Assembly: GCA_903832855.1 (NCBI GenBank)
Contig: CAILDB010000009.1
Span: 1 to 36,807, forward strand
Length of the DNA stretch: 36,807 nucleotides
From: an uncultured bacterium
GTDB lineage: Bacteria > Patescibacteriota > Minisyncoccia > Phycocordibacterales > GWA1-40-21
Reading direction: 5' to 3'
Shown here in pieces: positions 1 to 8,258 of the stretch. The translations under genes and the position numbers were made by a program. The notes beneath the pieces were generated by a model. It ran no database searches. It saw nothing but the letters and a program-made list of their open reading frames with translations, and was not told the origin of the DNA. Within the stretch, counting starts at the first letter, position 1. Every line of letters begins with the position of its first letter.

Positions 1-19
1 CTGGTTTTTTATAAAGAAA

Positions 20-1372
20 GTGCTATACTTTCTGGACGCTTTAAATATGCTTATATACAACAAAAGAGAGCCATTTTTAGTGTTTTTAGGCGATCTAATC
101 ATATTTGCTATATCTTTATGGCTTTCTCTTGCACTTCGAGATGGGCGATTTTCTTCATTTTCAGATTATTTAAATATTCTTACGCCTTTTAGTATTGTCT
201 TTTTGATTTGGGTCTTAGTTTTTTTTATTGCCGGATTATATGACAAATACACGACAATTCTGAAAGACAAGCTTCCGGGGATGATTGTAAACGCTCAGCT
301 TGTAAACAGTGCTATCGCGGTAGCATTTTTCTATCTTTTTCCTTATTTTAATGCTTCACCCAAAACAATTCTTTTTATCGTAATAATTATTTCTTTGATT
401 TTAATTTATCTTTGGAGAGTTTATATTCAACATTATTTTGGATTAAGATATAAAGAAAATTCTATAATAATAGGAAGTGGGGAAGAACTTTCTGCTCTAG
501 AAAAAGAAGTCAATGATAATTCAAAACTCGGGCTTCATTTTGTGTCTTCTATCGATTTGGATAAAGTCACTGGTGTGGATTTTACAGATGAAATTACAAA
601 AAGAGTTTATTCCGATAATGTTTCCGTCATCGTTGTTGATCTGAAAGATAGCAGAGTTGAACCGATTTTACCTCATTTATATAATTTTATATTTTCAAAT
701 GTAAAATTTATAGATATGGATCGTATTTATGAAGATGTTTTTGATAGAGTTCCACTTTCCCTTTTGAGATATAGTTGGTTTCTGGAGAATATTTCTGTCG
801 TCCAGAATACTATTTATAGTTTTCTAAAAAGATCCGCCGATATTTTTGTTTCAGTAATTTTTGGATTGATTTATTTGATACTTTTTCCTTTTATCGCTAT
901 TGCAATCAAAATTGAGGATAATGGTCCGATTTTATTTTATCAAAATAGAATTGGTAAAAATAATAAAATTATTAAAGTTGCTAAATTCAGAAGTATGGAT
1001 GTCGCAGAAAAAGAAAAAATTACAAAAGTCGGCCGTTTTTTGAGAAAGACAAGGATTGATGAATTACCACAGATGAAGAATGTTTTTGTTGGAGACTTGT
1101 CGCTCGTTGGTCCAAGACCAGAGAAGCCAGATTTTGTAGAACTATATGATAAAGAAATTCCTTATTACAATGTCAGACATCTCATCAAGCCGGGTCTTTC
1201 TGGTTGGGCACAGATTTGCCAAGACAACCCGCCGAAATTTGATGTAAATTTTGACGATACAAAAACCAAGCTTTCTTACGATTTGTATTACATAAAAAAC
1301 AAATCCATTATTCTGGACATTAAAATCGCTCTAAAAACAATCAAGACCTTGATTTCAAGAGTGGGGGAGTAA
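20..1372 (+). CDS. Polyprenyl-phosphate glycosyl-1-phosphate transferase (bacterial sugar transferase, WbaP/EpsB-like)
   Basis: 450-aa ORF with a multi-TM N-terminus and a C-terminal sugar-transferase domain containing RIDELPQ...LSLVGPRPE and GLSGWAQ motifs. The track start is GTG at 20. ATG at 47 is an alternative, because a TGCTATACT -10-like box overlaps 21-29. Confidence 0.85.
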   Translation: MLYFLDALNMLIYNKREPFLVFLGDLIIFAISLWLSLALRDGRFSSFSDYLNILTPFSIVFLIWVLVFFIAGLYDKYTTILKDKLPGMIVNAQLVNSAIAVAFFYLFPYFNASPKTILFIVIIISLILIYLWRVYIQHYFGLRYKENSIIIGSGEELSALEKEVNDNSKLGLHFVSSIDLDKVTGVDFTDEITKRVYSDNVSVIVVDLKDSRVEPILPHLYNFIFSNVKFIDMDRIYEDVFDRVPLSLLRYSWFLENISVVQNTIYSFLKRSADIFVSVIFGLIYLILFPFIAIAIKIEDNGPILFYQNRIGKNNKIIKVAKFRSMDVAEKEKITKVGRFLRKTRIDELPQMKNVFVGDLSLVGPRPEKPDFVELYDKEIPYYNVRHLIKPGLSGWAQICQDNPPKFDVNFDDTKTKLSYDLYYIKNKSIILDIKIALKTIKTLISRVGE

Positions 1373-1405
1373 ATTAAACTACAATAATTTTTGTCTCCTT
1401 CATTA

Positions 1406-2035
1406 TTATTTAATTTTCTTTATCTTTTTACCATCTATCCATACAGCTTCGCTGTCTTTTATTGGGATTATTTTGTAATTAACTTTTTTCTGAAATTCTG
1501 CGATTTCTTTTTTAAGTTTGTCTTCATAGTGAGGGAAAACGACAATATTTGTGAGTTCTAAACCTACCAGATTTTTTAAATTTACATCATTGTCATCTGC
1601 TTCGCTACCCCATCCAGCACTTTCTATATTTGGCCCAGCAATAATGCTACCTGCGCTAATTCCAAGAAAAAATGCATTGTTTTTAACAGATTTTGTTATA
1701 AATTTATCCACCCCAGTTTTTCGTAGTTGCTTTAATATAGAAAAAGTTCCACCACCAAGCATATAAATAACATCAAATTTTTTATTTTCCCCTCTGTCAT
1801 TCCGGCGAAGGCCGGAATCCATCCGCTCTTTATATAAATTAAAAACAGTAATATTTTTAATTCCCAATTTTTCAATTTCATTCTTTGCCCATTTGCCCCA
1901 AACTTCCTCGTCTTTACTTTCCACTGTTGAAATCAAGAGTAGGGAGCATTCTTCTGGCTTTTTTGGTAACTTGGAAACAAAAAATTTCCTAAGTTTTGGC
2001 GTAGAAAGTCCTCTTGATGTAAGTAATAATTTCAT
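1406..2035 (-). CDS. Peptidase E-like (S51 family) / type-1 glutamine amidotransferase-like protein
   Basis: MKLLLTSRG N-terminus, YMLGGGTF, GISAGSII (Ser nucleophile context) and VFPHY motifs. The ORF extends to 2053, but TATTCT (2042-2047, minus strand) lies 6 nt before ATG 2035. The gene contains an in-frame palindromic repeat (1785-1823). Confidence 0.7.
   Translation of the reverse strand: MKLLLTSRGLSTPKLRKFFVSKLPKKPEECSLLLISTVESKDEEVWGKWAKNEIEKLGIKNITVFNLYKERMDSGLRRNDRGENKKFDVIYMLGGGTFSILKQLRKTGVDKFITKSVKNNAFFLGISAGSIIAGPNIESAGWGSEADDNDVNLKNLVGLELTNIVVFPHYEDKLKKEIAEFQKKVNYKIIPIKDSEAVWIDGKKIKKIK
1785..1823. repeat. Palindromic repeat unit (copy A) embedded in-frame in the peptidase E-like CDS
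   Basis: TTTTCCCCTCTGTCATTCCGGCGAAGGCCGGAATCCATC; hairpin TTCCGGC-GAAG-GCCGGAA at 1800-1817. The 14-mer TTCCCCTCTGTCAT (1787-1800) is identical to 13845-13858. On the minus strand it translates as MDSGLRRNDRGE. Confidence 0.8.
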
Positions 2036-2073
2036 ATCATAAGAATACATCATTAATTCATCTTTTCAAGTAT

Positions 2074-2092
2074 GGCAAGGTCTGACCTTGCC
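2074..2092. promoter_or_regulatory. Perfect 9-1-9 palindrome in a divergent promoter region (candidate operator)
   Basis: GGCAAGGTC-T-GACCTTGCC lies between the divergent peptidase E-like and ABC-F genes and is GC-rich relative to its surroundings. Confidence 0.35.
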
Positions 2093-2134
2093 GGACCCTT
2101 TCTATTTCCCTTAAAATACAGTATTCTCTAGTGC

Positions 2135-3595
2135 ATGGCCAAGGATGAAGCAATAATGAGGTTTGAAAAGGTCTCATTTGGATACAGTGAAAATTACCCA
2201 CTTTTGAAAGAAGTGGATTTTGCTATTCGCCGTGGGACAAAGACGACTATAATGGGGCAAAATGGCTCAGGTAAAAGCACTTTGTTTAAGCTAATTACCG
2301 GTGAAATTCATCCTACTGACGGTGCAATAAATATTGTAAATGGAGTTTCTATTTCTCTTTCTCGTCAGGTTATCCCACGAAATGAAGCAGAGCTAACTGT
2401 GCGAGAATTTTTCCAAAAATGTTTTCCCGATAAAGTTTATGATATTGATCCGAAGATTGATGACATTTTGGAAGTTGTAAATTTAAAAGGTCATGTGAAG
2501 GTGCACGAGAGAATTATCGGTTCTTTTTCTGGTGGTCAACAAGCCAGACTTTTGCTTGCTTCTGCACTTATTCAAAATCCTGATTTGCTTTTGCTTGATG
2601 AGCCGACAAATAATTTGGACAAAGCGGGGATTGAACATCTTACGAAATTTTTAATTAATTACAAAAAAACTTTGATTGTTATTTCTCACGATGCCGATTT
2701 TTTGAATAGTTTTACCGATGGTGTTTTGTATTTGGATGTTTTTACAAAAAAGATAGAACAATATGTCGGAAACTATTTTGATGTGCGTGAGCAAATAATC
2801 CTTCGTCAGGAAAGAGAAAATAGGAAAAATGCTCAGCTTGCAAAAGAAATTCAAGAAAATAAAGAAAAGGCAAACTTTTTTGCGATGAAGGGCGGACAAA
2901 TGCGACTTGTGGCAAAAAGAATGCGAGAAAAAGCGGAAGATTTGGAAGAAGAAAAAGTGGATACGAGAAAAGAAGACAGAACCATCCGACCTTTTATTAT
3001 TCCGGCACAACTCGATGTAGTGGGGGATCTCGTTCACATTACGGCATTTAAAACTATCAAAACTCACAAAACTACTGGGCGAAAAACAAATATTAAACTC
3101 AGGCGAAATCAACGGCTTTTGCTTACAGGGCCAAATGGTATTGGTAAAAGTACACTATTAGAATCAATTGCAAAAAATTCTGCAGAAGGGACAAAAATTA
3201 CCAACGGTGTAAAAATTGGTTATTATCGTCAGGATTTTTCAACTTTAAATTTTGAAGATACTGTTTATCAATCACTCAAGGCCGTAGCAGAAAAAGAATC
3301 AGAAGAAACTATCAGAAGTGTTGCTGCGGGCTTTCTCATTACGAGTGATGTGATAAATAATAAAATTGGGAATTTATCGGAGGGTCAAAAAGGCCTCGTG
3401 GCTTTTGCCAGACTCGTTTTGCAAAAACCCGATTTGCTTATTTTAGACGAGCCGACAAATCATATAAATTTCCGCCACATTCCTATTATCGCCGAGGCAC
3501 TTAATAAATACGAAGGGGCGATGATTCTCGTCAGTCACATTCCGGACTTTGTGAGTAAAATCAGAATTGACTATACTTTGGATTTGGATAAATAA
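2135..3595 (+). CDS. ABC-F family ATPase (two ABC domains, no TM domain)
   Basis: Walker A GQNGSGKST and GPNGIGKST; signatures FSGGQQARL and LSEGQKGLV; Walker B LLLLDEPTN and LLILDEPTN; charged inter-domain linker. TATTCT (2122-2127) lies 7 nt before the ATG. Confidence 0.9.
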   Translation: MAKDEAIMRFEKVSFGYSENYPLLKEVDFAIRRGTKTTIMGQNGSGKSTLFKLITGEIHPTDGAINIVNGVSISLSRQVIPRNEAELTVREFFQKCFPDKVYDIDPKIDDILEVVNLKGHVKVHERIIGSFSGGQQARLLLASALIQNPDLLLLDEPTNNLDKAGIEHLTKFLINYKKTLIVISHDADFLNSFTDGVLYLDVFTKKIEQYVGNYFDVREQIILRQERENRKNAQLAKEIQENKEKANFFAMKGGQMRLVAKRMREKAEDLEEEKVDTRKEDRTIRPFIIPAQLDVVGDLVHITAFKTIKTHKTTGRKTNIKLRRNQRLLLTGPNGIGKSTLLESIAKNSAEGTKITNGVKIGYYRQDFSTLNFEDTVYQSLKAVAEKESEETIRSVAAGFLITSDVINNKIGNLSEGQKGLVAFARLVLQKPDLLILDEPTNHINFRHIPIIAEALNKYEGAMILVSHIPDFVSKIRIDYTLDLDK

Positions 3596-3678
3596 ATCGC
3601 TGGACATATAGGAAAAGTTTGTTAGTATCATATTTGGACAAGTAAACTAGAAACTCAAACTTTTTAGGAGATAGTTCT

Positions 3679-4641
3679 ATGAAAAAAGTTGCGATAATTG
3701 GTCGTGGTGCCATAGCGGAACATCTATCAGCTCGGCTTGAATTGATGGATATTGATATTTGTTTTTCTTATACAAGGAGCCACATAGGGATCCCGTTCGG
3801 AGACTTAATTGCTCACGAACGTCCGCAAGCAGTATTTCTTGCAATCTCAACTCTGGATAGGGGTCAGGCGGCCAGAGATTATATTCTCAAGTGTGTGGAA
3901 TATGGAATTCCGGTAATCACCTGCGAAAAAGGAGCCCTTGCTTATCATGCGGAAGTTTTGAAACCTCATCTCAGCAAAATTGGTTTTAGCGCCACAGTCG
4001 GCGGTGGAACCAGAATGCTAAAGTATGTGGTGGATAGACATCTTGTGGGTAAGAAGGTGGAAATTCACGCTGTCATCAATGGAACACTCAACTTTATTTT
4101 TGATGAGTTGAGACATAGCGGACGGTCAATTGGTGAGGTATGTAACGAAGTGTTTAAGTCAGGTTATGCTGAACCAGGAGCAAATGATTCGCTGAGTTTA
4201 ATCAATGGAGAACTTAAGGACGTGCGGATGAAGACCTGTGATTTCTTCAACACTGTTCTTGCGACAGAAAGGCTCATCACTCCCGATGAATTTGGTTTGC
4301 TAAAGTTGACTGATGATGACCTTGAAAACTTGAGCGAGGAAGGAGGGGACTATCGTCTGGTCGTTTCTTTTTCAAATCACAAATCGGTGAAAGACCACCC
4401 TCGTTTTGGTAGGCAATTTGGTTTGCACTCGGTTGATGGTTGGCACATTACGGGATCTTTTCGCCAAATCACGCAGGCTTCACAACTTCTATCTTGGCTT
4501 CCGGGAGGAGTTGGAAATGCCGTTCACATTATTGAAGGCGAACTTGGTTCGGGCGGTAAGTATACACTGTCTGGACCGGGTGCCGGACACGAGCCGACGA
4601 CATCGGCGATGCTTGCTGACTTTGAAGAATTGTGTGTCTGA
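3679..4641 (+). CDS. Homoserine dehydrogenase-like protein (divergent, no ACT domain)
   Basis: N-terminal VAIIGRGAIA Rossmann start, FSATVGGGTRMLKYV, VINGTLNFIFDEL and GYAEPGANDSL motifs resemble the homoserine dehydrogenase catalytic domain. AGGAG Shine-Dalgarno at 3666-3670. GC is visibly higher: about 48% by hand count of line 3961-4020. Confidence 0.65.
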   Translation: MKKVAIIGRGAIAEHLSARLELMDIDICFSYTRSHIGIPFGDLIAHERPQAVFLAISTLDRGQAARDYILKCVEYGIPVITCEKGALAYHAEVLKPHLSKIGFSATVGGGTRMLKYVVDRHLVGKKVEIHAVINGTLNFIFDELRHSGRSIGEVCNEVFKSGYAEPGANDSLSLINGELKDVRMKTCDFFNTVLATERLITPDEFGLLKLTDDDLENLSEEGGDYRLVVSFSNHKSVKDHPRFGRQFGLHSVDGWHITGSFRQITQASQLLSWLPGGVGNAVHIIEGELGSGGKYTLSGPGAGHEPTTSAMLADFEELCV

Positions 4642-4657
4642 GTATGTCGGAGAAGTA

Positions 4658-4697
4658 AACTGTATGGAGGGGCAACCCCTTCATACAGTTTTTTTAT
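4658..4697 (+). terminator. Rho-independent terminator
   Basis: 15-bp stem AACTGTATGGAGGGG / CCCCTTCATACAGTT with a CAA loop, followed by a T7 run. Confidence 0.85.
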
Positions 4698-4716
4698 TAT
4701 TAATAAATTAAAAAAG

Positions 4717-4725
4717 TGATATAAT
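4717..4725 (+). promoter_or_regulatory. Extended -10 promoter TGATATAAT, 8 nt before ATG (leaderless)
   Basis: TGATATAAT-N8-ATG(4734). Confidence 0.6.
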
Positions 4726-4733
4726 ACAAGCAT

Positions 4734-5132
4734 ATGAAAAACGCATACAATTGGTACTCGCAACTTATTAAACCTACTTGGTCACCACCTGCTTGGCTTT
4801 TTGGTCCCGTTTGGACTTTTCTTTATATTTTAATCGCGATTTCTTTCGGAAAAGTTTTCTGGATGTTGTTTCAAAAACAAATTTCTTTTACTGTGGCACT
4901 GCCATTTATTTTAAATCTTATTTTTAATTTCGCTTTCACATCAATTCAGTTTGGTCTAAAAAATAACTTTCTCGCCGGAATAGATATTCTACTTGTCCTC
5001 GGTACACTCATCTGGGCGATAATAGTTATTTATCCTTATGCTCCTTGGATTTCATACATCCAAATTCCATATTTACTCTGGGTTTCTTTTGCAACAGTTT
5101 TGCAATTGACGGTGACTTATTTGAATAGATAA
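4734..5132 (+). CDS. tspO: TspO/MBR family tryptophan-rich sensory protein, short 4-TM form
   Basis: WYSQLIKPTWSPPAWLFGPVWTFLY matches the TspO signature around TM2 of canonical proteins. The protein is 132 aa with 4 predicted TM segments, and the usual first TM helix is absent. Confidence 0.75.
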   Translation: MKNAYNWYSQLIKPTWSPPAWLFGPVWTFLYILIAISFGKVFWMLFQKQISFTVALPFILNLIFNFAFTSIQFGLKNNFLAGIDILLVLGTLIWAIIVIYPYAPWISYIQIPYLLWVSFATVLQLTVTYLNR

Positions 5133-5149
5133 ATTAGAGACAAAAAAAT

Positions 5150-5178
5150 ACCGTTCCGAGGTCAAACCTCGGAACGGT
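5150..5178 (-). terminator. Rho-independent terminator for the minus-strand gene 5185-5520
   Basis: 12-bp stem ACCGTTCCGAGG / CCTCGGAACGGT with a TCAAA loop. The A-run on the plus strand becomes a T-run on the minus strand. Confidence 0.75.
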
Positions 5179-5184
5179 GCCGAC

Positions 5185-5520
5185 TTAAGCGACTTTTGTC
5201 GTCGGAGTCAGGGCGAGTGTGTCCTGACAAATCTTTAGAAACATCAATTCTGTTTCATTGATGCCAAGACTGTTTACGACGGTGCCACGGATAACTGAGT
5301 GTTGGAACTTGAGATGTTCTCCCCAGTGTTTTTCCAGTAGGTCAAGCACCTCAGGTACTTTTTCCTTATCAATTGCGTGGAGAAGAACATTCGTGACATC
5401 ATAGGAAAGAAAGGGGCCAAAGTTATCCAACACAGCAATTGCACGGTCAATGTGTTCTCCAAGCTTACCATCTAAAACTTCACGAAATTTTTCTTCGTCC
5501 ACGACATTAAACTGGCTCAT
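5185..5520 (-). CDS. Hypothetical protein (111 aa)
   Basis: Intact ORF with an AAGGAG Shine-Dalgarno (complement of 5529-5534) 8 nt upstream and a terminator downstream. GC is higher than its neighbours. No family recognised. Confidence 0.55.
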   Translation of the reverse strand: MSQFNVVDEEKFREVLDGKLGEHIDRAIAVLDNFGPFLSYDVTNVLLHAIDKEKVPEVLDLLEKHWGEHLKFQHSVIRGTVVNSLGINETELMFLKICQDTLALTPTTKVA

Positions 5521-5611
5521 GTACTCATCTCCTTTTTAGTGTGCTTCAGTCTAGGTTCTAACCTAAAACTATCATATTTAGAAAATAAGTAAATAAGACA
5601 AAAAAATAGCT

Positions 5612-5701
5612 TGGCGGAAGGGGCGAGATTCGAACTCGCGGACCTCTTACGAAGTCAACACCTTAGCACGGTGTCTCTTTAGACCACTCAGACACCCTTC
5701 C
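5612..5701 (-). tRNA. tRNA-Ser(GCU), type II with long variable arm, CCA encoded
   Basis: The reverse complement reads GGAAGGG-TG-TCTG..., with anticodon stem-loop ACACC-GTGCTAA-GGTGT (anticodon GCT), variable arm GACTTCGTAAGAGGTC, T arm GCGAG-TTCGAAT-CTCGC and acceptor CCCTTCC-G-CCA. Confidence 0.9.
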
Positions 5702-5743
5702 TTATTTGTAATCTAGCATATTTTTTGATTTGAGTAAAACGAT

Positions 5744-6406
5744 TTAATGTGCAATCGAAAAACCGTAGACATTTTTTGCGCCCGAGACCTTGAGGGCGCG
5801 AGAGGCTTCGGTCATTGTGGCACCGGTGGTGATGACGTCGTCAATTACGATAAAATTTTTACCTCTGACTTTTTCTGGATTTATCACAGCGAAACTTCCA
5901 ATCAGATTTTTGAGTCGTTCAAATCTATTTTTTACTTTGACCTGATGTGGAGTTTCTTTTATTTTTTCCAAAATATTTAAATCAATATCAAAATTTTTAC
6001 CACCATCTAGTTCATAAATCTTTTTTACAATAAGCTGGCTTTGATTAAAACCTTTTTCTTTTTGGCTATTTTTTGTTGAAGGAATTGGAATCAAAGTCAG
6101 TTTCTGCCCACCATTAAAAAGCAAAATATCAGATATCTCCTCAATCATCATTTCATAAAGCAAGATTGAAAACTTATCCAAAATCTTTTTATTTGCTTTG
6201 TATTTTATTTCCCAAATCGCAGTTCTCGCAATTGGGTGTTTGTATGAAAAAACGGCCTTAAAATACGGCGAAATATTACCTGCAGGCACCAGCTCACTGC
6301 ATATCTCTCCAAGTTCCATCTGTTCAAGCTTTCGTATCGTCTCCTCTTTTGGAAATATCAAATCTACGAAGTTTGCAAATATGATTTTAATTGCTTGACC
6401 AAACAT
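5744..6406 (-). CDS. comFC: ComF family phosphoribosyltransferase-domain protein (ComFC-like)
   Basis: C-terminal PRTase motif FIVIDDVITTGATMTEA and a ComF-like length. The ORF runs to 6496, but ATG at 6406 avoids overlapping the pilM promoter. The N-terminal Cys-rich zinc finger seen in many ComF proteins is not evident. Confidence 0.7.
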   Translation of the reverse strand: MFGQAIKIIFANFVDLIFPKEETIRKLEQMELGEICSELVPAGNISPYFKAVFSYKHPIARTAIWEIKYKANKKILDKFSILLYEMMIEEISDILLFNGGQKLTLIPIPSTKNSQKEKGFNQSQLIVKKIYELDGGKNFDIDLNILEKIKETPHQVKVKNRFERLKNLIGSFAVINPEKVRGKNFIVIDDVITTGATMTEASRALKVSGAKNVYGFSIAH

Positions 6407-6425
6407 ATTATAAGTATGATATAAT
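6395..6425 (+). promoter_or_regulatory. Promoter for the pilM operon (TTGACC ... TGATATAAT)
   Basis: TTGACC at 6395-6400 and extended -10 TGATATAAT at 6417-6425. The spacer to TATAAT is 19 nt, so the extended -10 is probably the main determinant. Confidence 0.55.
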
Positions 6426-6450
6426 ACTATTAACAATTTTGAAAACAAAA

Positions 6451-7578
6451 ATGAATAATCCCTTTGAAAAACTTTTTGGTTCTTTTTTTGGCACAAAAGA
6501 TACGAGTGTCATTGGTATTGATATTGGCCCATCCTCCGCGAAGCTTGTTCAATTAAAAAAGAAAGGGGGTAGGGCAATACTTGAGACATACGGAGAGATA
6601 GCTCTCGGCCCATACAATAACACCGAAGTTGGCAGGTCCACGGTTTTAGGTATTGATAAAATCGTTGAAGCAATTAAAGATTTACTTCGAGAATCAAACG
6701 CCACGACGACAAAAAGTGGTATGTCTATTCCTATCGGTTCCAGTTTAATAAAATTTATTGAGCTTCCACAAATGGGTGACAAACAACTTGCAGAAATGAT
6801 TCCGCTTGAAGCCAGAAAATACATTCCAGTTCCGATTTCCGAAGTCACCCTTGATTATTGGATTATTCCAAAAAATGACAACATCGTTTCTGAATTTGAA
6901 AATGGTGCAAAGACACAGTCCGTTGAGCCAGCACATATGACCGAAGTTCTTCTTGTTGTAATACACAACGATGCACTTGAAAAAAACAGACAGATTTCCA
7001 GCCTTGTTCCACTTGAAAATTCTTTTTCTGAAATTGAAATTTTTAGTGCAATTCGTGCAGTGATGGATCCATCACTAAGTCCTCAAATGATTCTTGATAT
7101 CGGTTCTGGCTCCACAAAAGTTTACATTGTGGAAAGAGGAATTCTTAGATCTTCACATATTATCAATCGTGGCTCTCAAGACATTACTCTCGCAATTTCA
7201 AAATCAATGGGTCTTACTTTTGATGAAGCAGAAAAAATAAAACGCCAAAACGGAATCGTGTCTTCAAAAGACAATGCAAATCTTGTGGAGGTTTCGTCTC
7301 TCACTGTTGATTATATTTTTATGGAAACAGGACGAGTCATTCTGAATTATGAAAAAAAGTATGGTAAAAAGATAAGCAAGATTTTCCTTACTGGTGGGGG
7401 AGTGCTCCTAAAAGGGCTAAAAGAAAGGGCAGAAGTATCGTTTAACACGCCCGTTCAGATTGCTGACCCATTTGCAAAGGTAGAATATCCGGCTTTTCTT
7501 GAAAATGTTCTGAAATCCGCAGGACCTGAATTTGCCGTGGCTATTGGTCTTGCAATAAGGAAGCTTCAAGGAATTTAG
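6451..7578 (+). CDS. pilM: Type IV pilus assembly protein PilM (actin-like ATPase fold)
   Basis: VIGIDIGPSSAKLVQL phosphate-1 motif, ILDIGSGSTKVYIV and FLTGGG motifs. Gene context. Start taken at ATG 6451 rather than the TTG at 6391. Confidence 0.85.
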   Translation: MNNPFEKLFGSFFGTKDTSVIGIDIGPSSAKLVQLKKKGGRAILETYGEIALGPYNNTEVGRSTVLGIDKIVEAIKDLLRESNATTTKSGMSIPIGSSLIKFIELPQMGDKQLAEMIPLEARKYIPVPISEVTLDYWIIPKNDNIVSEFENGAKTQSVEPAHMTEVLLVVIHNDALEKNRQISSLVPLENSFSEIEIFSAIRAVMDPSLSPQMILDIGSGSTKVYIVERGILRSSHIINRGSQDITLAISKSMGLTFDEAEKIKRQNGIVSSKDNANLVEVSSLTVDYIFMETGRVILNYEKKYGKKISKIFLTGGGVLLKGLKERAEVSFNTPVQIADPFAKVEYPAFLENVLKSAGPEFAVAIGLAIRKLQGI

Positions 7579-7630
7579 GTCTCGCAAAATAGTCCACAGC
7601 CCTAGTAGTAGCTTGTTTTTTAAAAAGTAT

Positions 7631-7636
7631 TATAAT
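7631..7636 (+). promoter_or_regulatory. -10 box TATAAT, 8 nt before ATG (leaderless)
   Basis: TATAAT-N8-ATG(7645). Confidence 0.45.
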
Positions 7637-7644
7637 AAAGTCAG

Positions 7645-8253
7645 ATGGAAACAAAATTTCAAACATCTTTTATACCAAAGAAACCAATTTCCGAGGGAAT
7701 TCGTGAACGACCTTCTGTCGGGCTATTCCTTCTCGTCTCAATTATTATACTTTTGATATCATTAGCTGTTTTTGCTTGGGTTTATTTTGAAAAACAAGTC
7801 CTTATAAAAAATATTGCCGCTGACAAGGCTGTCATAGAAAAAAACAAAGCTAGTTTTGAAACAGATACTATTGAAAGTGTCGTTAGATTGGATTCTAGGA
7901 TAAAAGTTGCAAATGAACTTCTCGCAAATCACATTTCTGTTTCCCCGATTTATAGTTTTATAGAAGCAAGAACTTTGAAAAGTATTAGATTTAAAAACTT
8001 TGATTTTTCTGTGAAAAGTAAAGATGATTCCGGAAATCCTGTTATGAAAATAACTATGTCTGGGCAGGCAAAAGATTTCAAGACACTCGCACTTCAGGCG
8101 GATGAGTTTGGTAAAGTTGATTACAGAAATATTATCAAAGAACCGGTAATTTTAAATCTAAATCTAGCTTCCGATGGAAGCGTCAATTTTGACTTCTCTG
8201 TTTCTGTTGTCTCAGATTTTTTGAAATATATAAATAACGGCACATTTAATTAA
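7645..8253 (+). CDS. PilN-like bitopic pilus assembly membrane protein (putative)
   Basis: Short cytoplasmic N-terminus, a single TM (GLFLLVSIIILLISLAVFAWVYF), then an extracytoplasmic domain. It lies directly after pilM. No canonical INLLP motif. Confidence 0.5.
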   Translation: METKFQTSFIPKKPISEGIRERPSVGLFLLVSIIILLISLAVFAWVYFEKQVLIKNIAADKAVIEKNKASFETDTIESVVRLDSRIKVANELLANHISVSPIYSFIEARTLKSIRFKNFDFSVKSKDDSGNPVMKITMSGQAKDFKTLALQADEFGKVDYRNIIKEPVILNLNLASDGSVNFDFSVSVVSDFLKYINNGTFN

Positions 8254-8258
8254 AAATT

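Noticed and set aside
2651-3112. Antisense or overlapping ORFs in the track. Examples: 2651-3112 (-), 6549-6848 (-), 8363-8756 (-), 9584-10058 (-), 10895-11167 (-), 18687-19041 (-), 21621-21848 (-), 25345-26010 (-), 28715-29083 (-), 30085-30381 (-).
   Set aside because: Each lies entirely within a well-supported CDS on the other strand or in another frame. They have low-complexity or Ser/Leu/Phe-rich translations, no motifs and no start signals. They are shadow ORFs.
6391-6496. Long versions of pilM (TTG at 6391) and comFC (ATG at 6496) that overlap each other head-to-head by about 100 nt.
   Set aside because: The overlap region contains the TTGACC/TGATATAAT promoter. The internal ATGs at 6451 and 6406 give N-termini typical of the families (MNNPFEKLFG for PilM) without the overlap.
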